Below, one piece after another: positions 1-11,991 of a stretch of 64,000 nucleotides of DNA. Where the stretch lies: the NCBI GenBank assembly GCA_020137815.1, contig CM035351.1, positions 7,812,001-7,876,000 of the forward strand, in the 5' to 3' direction. Origin of the DNA: Hormiphora californensis. Taxonomy: Eukaryota > Animalia > Ctenophora. The notes under the pieces were generated by a model that was given only the letters and a program-made list of their open reading frames with translations, made no database searches and had not been told where the DNA came from. The stretch's first letter is position 1, and the number at the start of each line of letters is the position of its first letter. Both the position numbers and the translations under genes were made by a program.

Positions 1-1822
1 CCCTTTTTGCTCTATCTTTGCAGAAGATATTTCTCTCTCTCTCTCCACTACAACAACTGCATTGGATCCATCTAATAATAATAATGCCGCTCTCCCAAAC
101 AATCCTCTCTTTGTGTTTATGGCGCCGCTTCACAAATATACCCTTAGTGTATTCGCCTTTTGACCGAGCTCGGTATGCGCCGTGAAGCACAGATCACCTG
201 TCTTAACAGCTCCTTAATTCCACAGAGAGAAGGTCGAAGGAGCACGAGTCGTTAGCCTAACAATTCCTTATTTTGTGCTCTCCACACCACGTCACACGAT
301 GTAGTACGTCACTAGTCCGTGCACAATATATAACAAGACTGGGGTATATTACCCACCAGCGGCTCAGTCAAAGCGTTTAGATTTTCTGCACAAACAGCAT
401 TGTCTATTCTACGATATCTGAATAGTATCATAAAACGTGCCTGCATGGACGTTCCTGTATCATATCTTAGTTCTTCACTTATATATACCCGTAGGTATCA
501 TATCTTATCTCACTGTTACCGGTCTCTCGACTGATACAAGGCCCTTTGCATTCCAAGTCCAGTTCACAGGTTTTCAGTCCAATCTAAATCTATAGTGATT
601 CCGGCTTGGCTGTAATGCATTTAAATGGTAAGGATATAAGAGACTCTATTAAGAGAGTAATCGAATTGATCGAGTCTGCATATCACTTAATCACGCCCTG
701 TAGTTGTCCGCGGATTCCTGGTATCTCTCAAAGGATAATAATGATCCAATCTTTGTAACTCCCACGCAATCTTTGTAACTCCTGAAGGCTGAAGCCCGTC
801 CTATCAGGCTCCTCCTAGTCCTTTTATACGTTCCTAATTTCCTGAATATTTTACGAAAACTAATGTACATCATCATAGGTCTCGCTCTTCAACCTTTTTT
901 TACTTTCATTCCAACTCCTCTTCTTTCACTACCACTTCTCTTCTTTACTACCACTTCTTGGACTTCTACACTATGAGAGCCCCTATGTTTCTCTAGTGTG
1001 TATCATGTTTACTTAGGAACCATTTATCCAGGATGTCTCTCCCTCCCTCCCTCTCTGTCTCTCTGATCTCTCTCTCCAGTCTCCACCGTTCTGAGTGGAT
1101 GCATACTAAACAACAACATCCCCTTCTACTATCCCCTACTACAATATTATAAGCCTCTCTTCAACCCAGCAGCTCCCCTCAGAGTTCTGTGGTGTTTGTC
1201 TTTCTTTGAGTTAGATTTACATATAAATTTTATATGAGAAAAAGTTTTTTGGTAGAACTTTCCCTTGCTCTCGGTAAATATAAAATTTGACGTGTTAGTT
1301 TTTAGTTTAGGTCACTGTATTGGACCTATGATTTTCAATAAACCTTATCGTTAGGTTTCACTTATTAAAATAGCCTTTTGGACTTTTCGTAAATCACTGC
1401 ATGATATCTAAATAATTCTCTTTCTTCCGGGTATTTGATTATAGAGGTCCCATGACGGGGTATCCGGGTATGACATATTTGTTATATTACTATCCTTTAT
1501 AAAAGTCACGACCGGTCAACTATAATGGCATTCCGGAAGTATCGGATACCTCACTAGGCTACCTATTTAGGCTCAGCATTCGCTGAGTTGAGTACATATT
1601 ATATTAGGGTCATCCCATGACCACGCTTTGAATATTATTTTAGCGTGACCTCTTTGAGAGGGCTTGCATATTGTAACTTCCCATCGCTGTCAGGCCCCGT
1701 CACTATTCAGCATTATCTATTAGTTACGGGCCATGTCACGAGGCAATATATGGCTAACAAGCACGTTAATTTCTAACATGGGCCACGACTATATAATGTC
1801 CTGGGAACCTATCATGACATCA

Positions 1823-1893
1823 TGTCTCTATAGCCGGGTGGCCAGGTGTCTCTCTAGCCGGGTGGCCAGGTGTCTCTATAGCCGGGTGGCCAG
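1823..1893. repeat. 24-bp tandem repeat x3
   Basis: TGTCTCTATAGCCGGGTGGCCAGG. Confidence 0.85.
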
Positions 1894-2541
1894 CGTGACA
1901 AACATGATGGGCCAGCCTTGTGGGAAATTAGGAAATCCTAGCCTTGTCTCACGGCCTTATGCTCTTTATATATACTAGCCCATGAGTCGCTGTGACTGAG
2001 CAACACGTTCCTGTGTTTGAGCATGATCATTTCTACAAAAAAGATAAACTTCATCTTCATAATACTTGTAATATGAGTTCCCTGTTCCATATGACTCATG
2101 GTAAAATTTAGCTCTAAAGGCGGGGTTTCAGGTGGATGCTATAACAACATGATATATATGTTTTGACAGTGCTCTCTCTCTTTCTTCTGACAATGTTCTC
2201 TCTTTCTATTCTGTACCATGTGGTCCCACTTGATGTGATCCTCTTGAGGGAAAGTTTCCCTTTGTTTACTTTGTAGTTCAGTGGCAGTTCTGGCTCTGTT
2301 TCAACTTCTAATTGGCCCCTGGGGGCGTGTTACTTCCATCCTTCAATCACATCAGACTTCTGGCAGTTGATTTGGTTTGCGTGATATATATCCACCCAAG
2401 ATCTCATTTGGCCCATTCTCAATTTCATACTTATTGAATTGTTTCTGAATTGCTTTTTTGCCATCGTTTGACCTCTCAGAACTGAGAACTTTTTTCCTTT
2501 TAAGTAGATTTTACAGTTTCCAAATACACCTTAGTAAAACA

Positions 2542-5500
2542 ATGGTGGAGCACGAAAAGCTTGATAATGATGACAAATCTTCTGTTGACCTGACCGTTGA
2601 AGATGTAAGTTAGTTCTGCTCTGTATGGCGCCGCCATACCCCATTTGATTCTCAACGACAGTGCGCTCAGATGGGTCGCGGCGCCAGACAGGTTCTGCTA
2701 CCAACTATCATTTCTAGTATCTGAGTTCTGTCAATCAGAACTGTAAATTGTAATCCATGTTCCAGGTTGACTTCCTTAACCCTCTCTCACCGTGTAAAGG
2801 AGGGTTAGATCATAACAAGTGCCCATTCTCAACAATATTCTTCGTCTGCAGGTCCAGGTGAAAACGAAAGTGAAAGATGACCGAGGAGCGTGGGGAAACA
2901 AGATAGAGTACTTGTTGGCATGTATTGGGCTGGCAGTGGGACTTGGAAACGTCTGGAGGTTCCCTTATCTGTGCCATAAACACGGTGGAGGTTAGTCATT
3001 AGTGTTCACCCTGACACTGCTCTTTATTCTTTCTTTAAACCTTTAATCGATCGATAACAAGAGCTTCCTTGCTCTATACTACCATCTCTTTACTAGGTGC
3101 CTTCCTGATTCCCTACTTCATCTGCCTGGTGCTGGAGGGAGTTCCACTAATGTACCTGGAGATGGCGGTGGGACAGTTCTTTAGGTCCGGGTCAGTCAAC
3201 TGCTGGTCTAAGATCCACCCCATGCTGAGGGGTATTGGAGTGGGCTGTGTCTGTGTATCCATCCTACTGTGTCTCTACTACGTGGTTATCATCGCCCGGT
3301 GTATCTTCTACTTCATCAGCTCCTTCACAGTGTAAGTAGTCACGTGATGCCCATTATATATGGTGTTGTGTGTCACGTGATGTCCATATATGGTGTTGTG
3401 TGTCACATGATACCCATATAATATGGTGTTGTGTCTCTACTTCATCAGCTCATTCATTGTGTGAGTGGGATCAGGGATCTTGGAGACTTGTTGTAGCATA
3501 GAGAGTTATAATGTGACGTGTTCGCGAGTCTTGTGACTTGGATCACGCCAGATTGCAATTTGCTGTGTTGTGAGGTCATCAAATATCAGTCTGCATAACT
3601 AGACCCGGGTACTAGGAATATTATCAAGGGATATATCAACTATGCAGCAGTGCGAGATAGCCCCATGATTGATACCCTAATTTTCTAGAACCAAGAACAT
3701 CAACAAGAATATAATGCGATTTTCATCCCTTAATCTCCTACTCTATAACACACCTTCTCTCCCATACCAGGTCTCTGCCCTTCACAGTTTGCTCAAACGT
3801 CACGGGAGTGCTGCTAAATGAAACCTGTTGTGAGAGAAGCAATGTAAGTTGCAGTAACTATTACTATGAGCATCATGGGATCAGGGGGAATGTCCTACGT
3901 GATCGAATAATAATTCACGTGAGCGTCGACTGATCAAATCAAATAATCCCCAAGAGGTCGCCAGTCATGTTTATCTTTCTACGGCGTAATAGAGGGCCTT
4001 ATAGAATTATGACGACATAACATGCCACAGCTCTGTTATATTATGTCTATTGAATCATGCATAATAATCCAACTGGGGCGACTATTAAAGCTCCTTCATA
4101 GATATATATTCTTCATTTCAATTCACCTGCTCGTCTCTGGATCATCATGTTCATTAAGCAACTGTGATGATCCAAGACAACCCATGCATCCATTGCATGC
4201 AAGGCAAGACTAACCCATGCATCCATTGCATGCAAGATTTCGAGGTAGAACGTCCCCTTCCTGGACACCGTGAAGACTAACACAATAACCCATGTCCATT
4301 ACAGGACAAAGCGAACTACTACTGGTGGAACAACGTGCTGCAGGCAAGTGGAGGATTTGAGGATGTTGATAACTTCAGCTGGGAATTACTGGGGTGTCTT
4401 GCTATCGCCTGGGTTGTCGTCTACATTTGTGTGTTCAAGGGAGTCGAGAGCTCTGGAAAGGTATTCTTTCATCATGATTAAAATTTTATAAATTCTAGAA
4501 AGACAAGCAGCGAATAACCAAACCCAGGAAAAACCGTATTCCAATACTCGCGAAGAACCAAATCCATGCTATGCCAGCTAACACACATCTTCTCTTCAGG
4601 CGGTTTACTTCACAGCCACATTCCCCTACATTTGCCTTGTCATCCTCTTCTTCCGGGCAGTCACCCTCCCCGGTGCTGGAGATGGTATCCTCGTCTACAT
4701 CACCCCCAAATTCGATAAACTCCTCACCGGACAAGTCTGGCTGGATGCCGCCACCCAGATATTTTTCTCGTTGAGTCTAGGGTTTGGGGCACTAGTGGCA
4801 TTCGCTAGCTATGTCCCCTATAAGAACTATGTGGGACGGGATGCAGTGATTGTGTCCCTTGTTAACTGTGGAACTAGTGTGTTTGCTGGGTTTGTGATCT
4901 ACTCTATACTGGGGTACCGGCAATACAAGGATATTGGTACTATTGAGGGGGTAAGTGAGATATCAACTGAATCTTGTTGCTATAGTAACCTACATCTAAT
5001 CAGTAATCAGTATCACTCATATCGCCATACTGACATGACTAATAACAACCCATTCTGACAGGTGTCTAGCGGATCAGGCCTTGCCTTCGTAGCCATATCG
5101 GAAGCTGTCTCGGAGATGCCAGGGGGTCCCATCTGGGCCGTCCTGTTCTTTACCATGTTGGTTCTGCTGGGTCTGGACTCTGAGTTTGGAACCCTGGAGG
5201 GTGCTGTGACTCCCATTGTGGTGGATATGAATCTGTTCCCTAAGATCAGGAAGGAGATTATCAGTGCTGTTCTGGCGGTGGTCCTCTTTATCTTTGGTAT
5301 TGGGTTCTGTAGTGGAGGAGGAGAGTACATGATTGCCGTCTTCGATTACTACGGTAAATGGAAGCGGCCAAAAATGATCTTCATGGAAATGCCTTTCTGA
5401 CACATCTGTTTATCAAAAAACTGACAACTGACGATTTCGAGTTACTCCATATGATGTAACCAAGATAACAACCTCCTACTCTTCCAGGAATGAATATCCC

Positions 5501-6366
5501 GATTCTGATCCTGGCACTGTGTGAGACCATTGCAGTTGGATGGGTCTTTGGAACGGAAAACATGAGTCTAGCTATCGAGGTTGGTGGAATTAACAGATCC
5601 CTTTCTGAATTTTCTGAATTACACCTCTGTATATAAAACTTCAGTTCTGATCAATCATCAATTCAATCTTCCGACTCGAATCTAACCGACCTTCTTTCCC
5701 AGGATATGCAGGGCAGTAGACCCTCCAAGTTCTTCACCATCTGCTGGAAGTACATCTCTCCAGGTCTCCTGATCATTATCTTCTGTGTCACATTTGTACA
5801 AAACATGATCGCCGCCCCTACCTACAACGTCTATGTGGGATGCAACGAGGTATGTACTAATATGTGTTGAACTAGAGGGTTTGTCTTAATTACTGTTTCA
5901 TCTGATTGAACACAAGAAACTATAATACTACTTCTATGCTTCTATGTTAAATCTTAACACTTCACCATAATCTCCAGACGGATGCCTCGCTAGTGCAGGA
6001 GGTGACTCTACCTGCTACTGCCCAACTGCTGGGATGGATCATTGTGGTAGGAGCCCTCGCTCCCATCCCATTCTTCATGGTCAAGGTACGTGGTTGAGTT
6101 ATTCGACAACATGTGGTAGGAAAGTAGAAGGAGTCCCGAGTCCGAACTCTAGAAATAATTCAGTGAACTTGCTGATAGTTGATACCAATTGGCAGCTTGA
6201 TAAGTTAACAACTCTCTTACTACCTCAGAACCGCGACAAGGACATGGTAAAGTTCTTCACCAGTTGTCTTCAGTCCGTGAAAGAAGACAGGTTCTATGAT
6301 ATGGAGGAGCTGTACTACAGACCTGAAAGGGTGTTAGCACCAAGGAAAGATGATGAAGATGTATAG
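2542..6366 (+). CDS. SLC6 (sodium:neurotransmitter symporter family) transporter, amino-acid type; 11 coding exons
   Basis: Exons 2542-2604, 2852-2990, 3097-3331, 3771-3843, 4305-4460, 4600-4950, 5062-5353, 5488-5579, 5703-5849, 5978-6085, 6229-6366, all GT-AG and phase-compatible. Motifs [78 protein letters not shown]1 has Gly (AVGLGN), not the Asp of monoamine transporters. Orthology is not assignable by eye. Confidence 0.95.
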
Positions 6367-7114
6367 AGATAATATATTTACAACAACTTATTTATTCCAC
6401 GCGTCAGGGGCTGTCAGCTGCCAATGCTTTGACCGCGGTTCTCGTGAGGATAGGTTCAGGCCAATGGGGCATGATCCCATGTTTTCCAAGATATATCAAA
6501 CTTGGTAGACCAGCTCCCAAGAGCTGTTACTTTGAGAGGTGATGTTTGAAAAAGAGACTGAACTTTTAGGATTTGTTAGAACCACATAATTTTATGTGAT
6601 ATATAAACTGCATTTTGCCTGTTAGTAGGAATATTTAGGACCTAGTTTTGCCGTATTGGTGCTGTGCCGGTATGGTTTGTTATGTTTGACAAATCGACAA
6701 CCCTCTTTAAATGATATTATTTAGGTTACCTATAATAAGGTTTTTAATCAAATTCCCATCTATAAATGTGTTTTGTTAGAAAGGTTATCTATGTTAGGCC
6801 TTAGCAGATAGGATCGATTTTAATTACTACTGAGAGTGGGTAGGTATTGCTATTTGCCTAGCCCCAGTTCTTAAAAAAGAGCAGGGCCAGAGCCATAATT
6901 GTATATCAAGTTGTTAATATAATAATAGTAACTTTGACAACTTTGACGATGTAATAAAGCCCATTTCTAACATTGGCAATTTATTGAAATTTGAAGTCTT
7001 ATGGATTTAGTATGAAACGATTCATCACATCCTCTTCACACATCATGACAATGCTTTCTGTGGGTTCACAACACATATACATATATGGTACTGCAGCTGC
7101 AGGGGCTGTCTGGC

Positions 7115-7262
7115 ATGGCGGCGCCATACCCCCATTTGATTCTCAAATCGACAGTGCGCTCAGATGGGGTCGGCGGCGCCATGTCAGGCCATGAATGCTC
7201 TGACCAGAGTTCTCGCACGCTCCGAGAGAAATGAGAATAGGGTCAGGCCAATGCTTTGACAG
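7115..7262. repeat. Two adjacent short interspersed repeat families
   Basis: GGCGCCATACCCCATTTGATTCTCA..ACAGTGCGCTCAGATGGG also occurs at ~2627-2690 and inverted at ~9765-9830. TCAGGCCAATGCTCTGACCA..TTCTC relatives occur at ~6410-6470, 21590-21650, 46259-46325 and 51850-51900. Confidence 0.65.
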
Positions 7263-7769
7263 GCGACGCCAGACGCCCAGACAGTGCAGGGGAGAAGAGT
7301 CACCTGGCACTACGCCAACTGGTCTATACCGGGGGATCAGGTGTGTGTCTTTACTAAGAAATCATCCGGTATGACATCGAGCACTGTAGAGAGGTGTCTT
7401 CATTATTGAACAGTTATATATTGCCTCAAGCTGCGAAAATGATATCTCTTCCCAGAGAGAGTGAGAGTGAGAGGGGGAGAGATAGACTATTATAACTGTG
7501 GACTGTATGAGAGAGAGGGAACAGTCACAAGCTTTTTCTACAAATTTGTATAAACCTGAGCTGCTGTTACTCTCTTTGACCGTTGCTATACAACAACATA
7601 TTGTAAACCTCCACTCATCACTAAACTGTGTGATAAAAAGCAGCTCTCTGAACCCCAATTTGCCGGCCTGGATACATTCTCAGACGCTATACTAAACGTC
7701 CTACACGTCTGTCGTGAACCCCTAGTCGCCCGGCCCTACTAAAAGAAGTTCTACAAATCCGGTCCCAAG

Positions 7770-9634
7770 ATGATGCCTAGTGATAGAAAGTTCATGCAGC
7801 GTCGTAGGAGCTACCAACTGGAGAATAGCCGATACAACAACTGTGTAGAACAGAGCCGCCAGTTCAGGTAGTACCTATATTTGAATATATGTTTGAACAT
7901 ATCACCAAATACTAGTTAAACCAGTCACTCCCTTGGAACTCTCCTTGAAAGTTTTGGCTCTATTTAGTACTAAAACACCTGAATTACATGTACCAGGTTG
8001 AAGGAGCTGAATGCGGATGCGAAGAGACTGCGACAACAGAAGCAGGTGCTGGAGAGGAAGGCTGCATCTACTGTCACTCTCCTCTCCGATGCAGAGATCA
8101 GAAAGGTGGGTGGGGGACATGGGTCTGAGGACTGAGGTACCTGCCGGCACCAAAATGGGAGAGAGGATATACTCACACGATAACATTTCTATCCTATAGA
8201 TTGAGCAGGACAGTGGGGATGAGAGTTTGGAGAATCTGAGAGCATGGAGCCTCTCCAAATATGGAATCATTATGGAGAGATCCAGTACCACCATTAAAAA
8301 CAGGTTTCCCACTTTGTTTATCGAGGAACTAGCCCGCCCCATTTCTCCTATCGCCATGCTTTCCCACTTTGTAACAACCTCTCTCCCAGGCAGTCCCTGT
8401 TTCCCACTACTTTTCTACTTTGTAACACACCTGTCCTCTCCCTCTCTCCCAGGCAGTCTCTGTTGGATATAGTTGTACCACCAGGAGGTGGGGTAGGCAG
8501 GTCTACCCAAGTAATGACAGCCCCAGCCGCCCATCAAATATCCCGGCCTCCTATTACTAGACCCCCACCTCCAGCAGCCAAAGCCCTCCTACAACAACAC
8601 CCTGAACCCACTACTACTACTACTACTACATCAGACCTGCTACAATCCACCACTTCCAGTAATTATAGTCTGATGATGAGGCCATCAGACCCCAAACTGG
8701 CTATCTCAGCTGATTACCCCAAGATAGAGCGGCGAGCAGCGGCTAAAGTGGCTCAGGGTGGAGGACTCCTTACTAGCTTGATGGCTGGTAGTGGAAGTGA
8801 GACCACTCTAAGCGAACCTTCTACACAATCTAGGTAAAGTAGTTCGGTAAAATGTACAGCAGACTGTTCTAAGTAACTGACAGGGACAGGGACAAAGTGG
8901 TCATAGTGACCTCCCCCCTCCCCCAACTCATCTGGCCAGATCGAGTAACAAAGTACAAACTGCTCATACAATCGTCAATCAACCAAGGCACATTGTACAT
9001 AACAAGCCATGCATATCCGAGGAGAACAAAGTACACAACACACGAGAGATAAAATACAAGGGACGGGTGTAAGTGTGTACAATGTTGGCGCGTGTATACC
9101 GTCCCGCGCGTGACCGGTCACGTGACTTTGAGTGAGAGATCCGAGCCACACGCAGACACACAAAACACATAAACCATGTTGTATTTCACGGGAAGGGGAC
9201 AAATCGGAAAGAAACCACCCTCTAATTGATATCCCTGATTCTTATCAGTATCACAACTGCTGCCTCTTTTCAGGAAGCCAGAGGACGCAGCTAAAGCCTT
9301 TGTAAAGTCAGTTAAACTTGGATTTACACTCAAGAAATCCCTCCAAACGTTCTCCCGCCGGGGCAAGGCAGCAGCTAAAGAGGCCCAAGAACAACATGCA
9401 CCTACCACAGCCCGTCCTGATCACGACCCTGCAGCAGGGGAGGGTGATCAGTATGATTATAATTACTATCGCAGTAGGAGGACTGGGTCAGTCCTGATTC
9501 CAAACCCAGTTAATTATAGGGCTCTCCGCGGGTTGGGCAGGGGACAGGGGGCTAATACTACTACTGGGAGAACTGGTGCTGGAGGGGCTGGTCAGACATC
9601 TACAACTGCCCCATCAAAACACCGGACACATTGA
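7770..9634 (+). CDS. Uncharacterised 350-aa protein (N-terminal charged/coiled-coil-like region, Pro/Thr/Ser-rich low-complexity remainder); 5 exons
   Basis: Exons 7770-7867, 7997-8105, 8200-8303, 8453-8833, 9274-9634 join in frame (1053 nt) with GT-AG introns. There is an upstream in-frame stop at 7740. No family motif recognised. Confidence 0.72.
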
Positions 9635-9971
9635 TATAGGGGACCAATGGAGCTACTCGGACTGAAGCAGGACAAGTAAGAGGAATAGTCACGGTCAGGG
9701 TTCAGAGAAAGGGAGTAAAATTAGGACATGAAACCCCGGCCCCAGTCACCTCTTTTCCGAACTGTCTGGCGGCACCGATCTGACTTGAGCGCACTGTTGC
9801 ACGCTCAAATTGAGAAACAAAAAGGTGTCTGGCACTTCCAATCAAATTGAAACATCACTTCTTTTTTCATTGCAATGTGAATAAAACGTACGCAACATAT
9901 GTGTGTAACACTCTCTCAGATCATAGTAGTAAGAAAACAACTGTCATTTTGTACAGGAATTGGGCTGTCCC

Positions 9972-10150
9972 GTGTCACCCCTAGCAACAGGAATTACAGG
10001 GGGTGTCGCCCCTAGCAACAGGAATTACAAGGGGTGTCCCCCCTAGCAACAGGAATTACAAGGGGTGTCACCCCTAGCAACAAGAAATACCAGTGGTGTC
10101 GCTGTTGCTAGGGGCGACACCCCTGGTAATCCCTGTTGCTAGGGGCGACC
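9972..10150. repeat. 32-bp minisatellite x4 followed by inverted copies
   Basis: GTGTCACCCCTAGCAACAGGAATTACAAGGG units, then TGTTGCTAGGGGCGAC twice. Confidence 0.85.
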
Positions 10151-10753
10151 CTGGAACCCAGTAGAGGTAGCTCAGCTAATTATCAGCACAGTCACAAAAC
10201 TCTATCTCCTGCAGTACCCTTGATAGTTACCCACGACTTAGCCAAGCAGAATTAGTAGAAAAGGATAATATCGATTATACTTTGTTAGCCATAATTAATC
10301 GAACAAACAGATTATGATTGCAGTTTGTTCATTGCCCATTAGCTCTTTGTGACTGAAGAGGGCGGGTAAGAGAGTTTTGAATATTAATAATTTAAGATAA
10401 AAAAGAGTATAAAACTGTACCACGAATCCGTGGACTTGGGAGAGAAAAAGAAGGAATATTTAAACTCCTAAAATAAGACCACTCTTCTCTTGATAGCCGC
10501 TAGAGAAAATATATATCATACAATTGGTAGATCTCACCACTCAAGTGATCAATATAATTACAGGCGGTGTCATATTTGTGTTTTATTTTGTCTCGGTGTG
10601 TTATATAATTGTGGATTGTTAATAGTGTCTCTTTATTCAGTCATCATCATCACCTTCACTGACCCAAATCATCCCACAATATCTCCCTCAGCTCAGCACA
10701 ACACTATACAAAAACAGCTCGGTATATACCCTGACAACAAACACACAATTCTG

Positions 10754-10912
10754 TTATGTTTTCGTTAGGGTATTTTTGAAGTCTCTGAATTCTCGGATTG
10801 ACTTTTTGATTCGGAGGGCGGTGAGTCTGGCTCCGGGGTCGTGGTACCAACATTCTTGGACTAACTTTTCCATCAACTTTAGGTACTGAGGGGAGGGTAT
10901 GGGGTTAGGGAG

Positions 10913-10961
<49 letters not shown>

Positions 10962-11070
10962 GAGAGAGAGAGAGAGAAAGAGAGAGTGTATCATCTCTCT
11001 CTCTCTCCGCTCTGCTCGCTCTCTCTCTAGCGTTGTTTTTCGTCTCTCTCTCTCTCCCTCTCGCGCTCCT

Positions 11071-11103
<33 letters not shown>

Positions 11104-11927
11104 CGCTCTCTGCTCTCTCTCGCTCTATCTCTCTCCTCTCTCGCGCCTTCTCTTTCCCCCTCTGCTGCGCCTTCCGCTCTCCTCCCTCCCCTTTTTTCTA
11201 GAAGGTTGGGTTGCCACCAGACAGCTGGCCCCAAGCCAACAGACGTGTTTCCTGTCTCAAGTGTGTGCTATGTGCGCTATTTCACCACACAGTGCAACTT
11301 TCCTGTGCATCTATCACTAAATATCTGACACGGAACACGTCATAGATAGAAGTGATCTGACGAGATATCAGAAGCTCTTGAAAGAGACACAATAGTGTGT
11401 AGAAGAAGCATGCTAAAATTGCCAGTCTGGAGATGCTGTCTCGATTCTCGTTTTATTTCTCTCCGCCCAGCTCCCAAAGATTCCGCGCGCAGTCGACGCG
11501 CGCTCCCCACCGCGCCAGATTAGCACGATGACATATGGGGAGAGACACGGCGCGTTACGTCTAATAATTTCACCCTACCTCGTCGTTACTCCAATGCCTG
11601 GAAATGGCGGGCCGGTATCGATCTACCACAACCACTTTCCGCATCTCTTCAAAGGAGGGATCTGGACCCACAAATTCGTGGTAGGGCTGCCTGTACTCTT
11701 CGGCAATAGGGGAACCTAGAACAAAGGATAGGTAGTGGTGAGTGGGAGGTCTGATGAGGTCACAGCAAGAGAAGTGTCAAGGTTTATTATTATTGTGAAA
11801 GAAGGGGGGGGGGGGGGTACTCAATTGAAAAATTGGACGGATGAGTAACACGTGATGTGTGTAGAGGACAAATTTAGTTTCCTCTCAGTCTTCCTTCACA
11901 TTCTCTGGGATTCTCTCTCCCTCTCTC

Positions 11928-11991
<64 letters not shown>

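Noticed and set aside
480-880. Possible decayed LINE reverse-transcriptase 3' end (ORF 691-876 minus)
   Set aside because: Too degenerate for any motif to be confirmed by eye.
2852-2990. Monoamine (dopamine/serotonin) transporter assignment for the SLC6 gene
   Set aside because: TM1 has Gly, not the Asp required in monoamine transporters.
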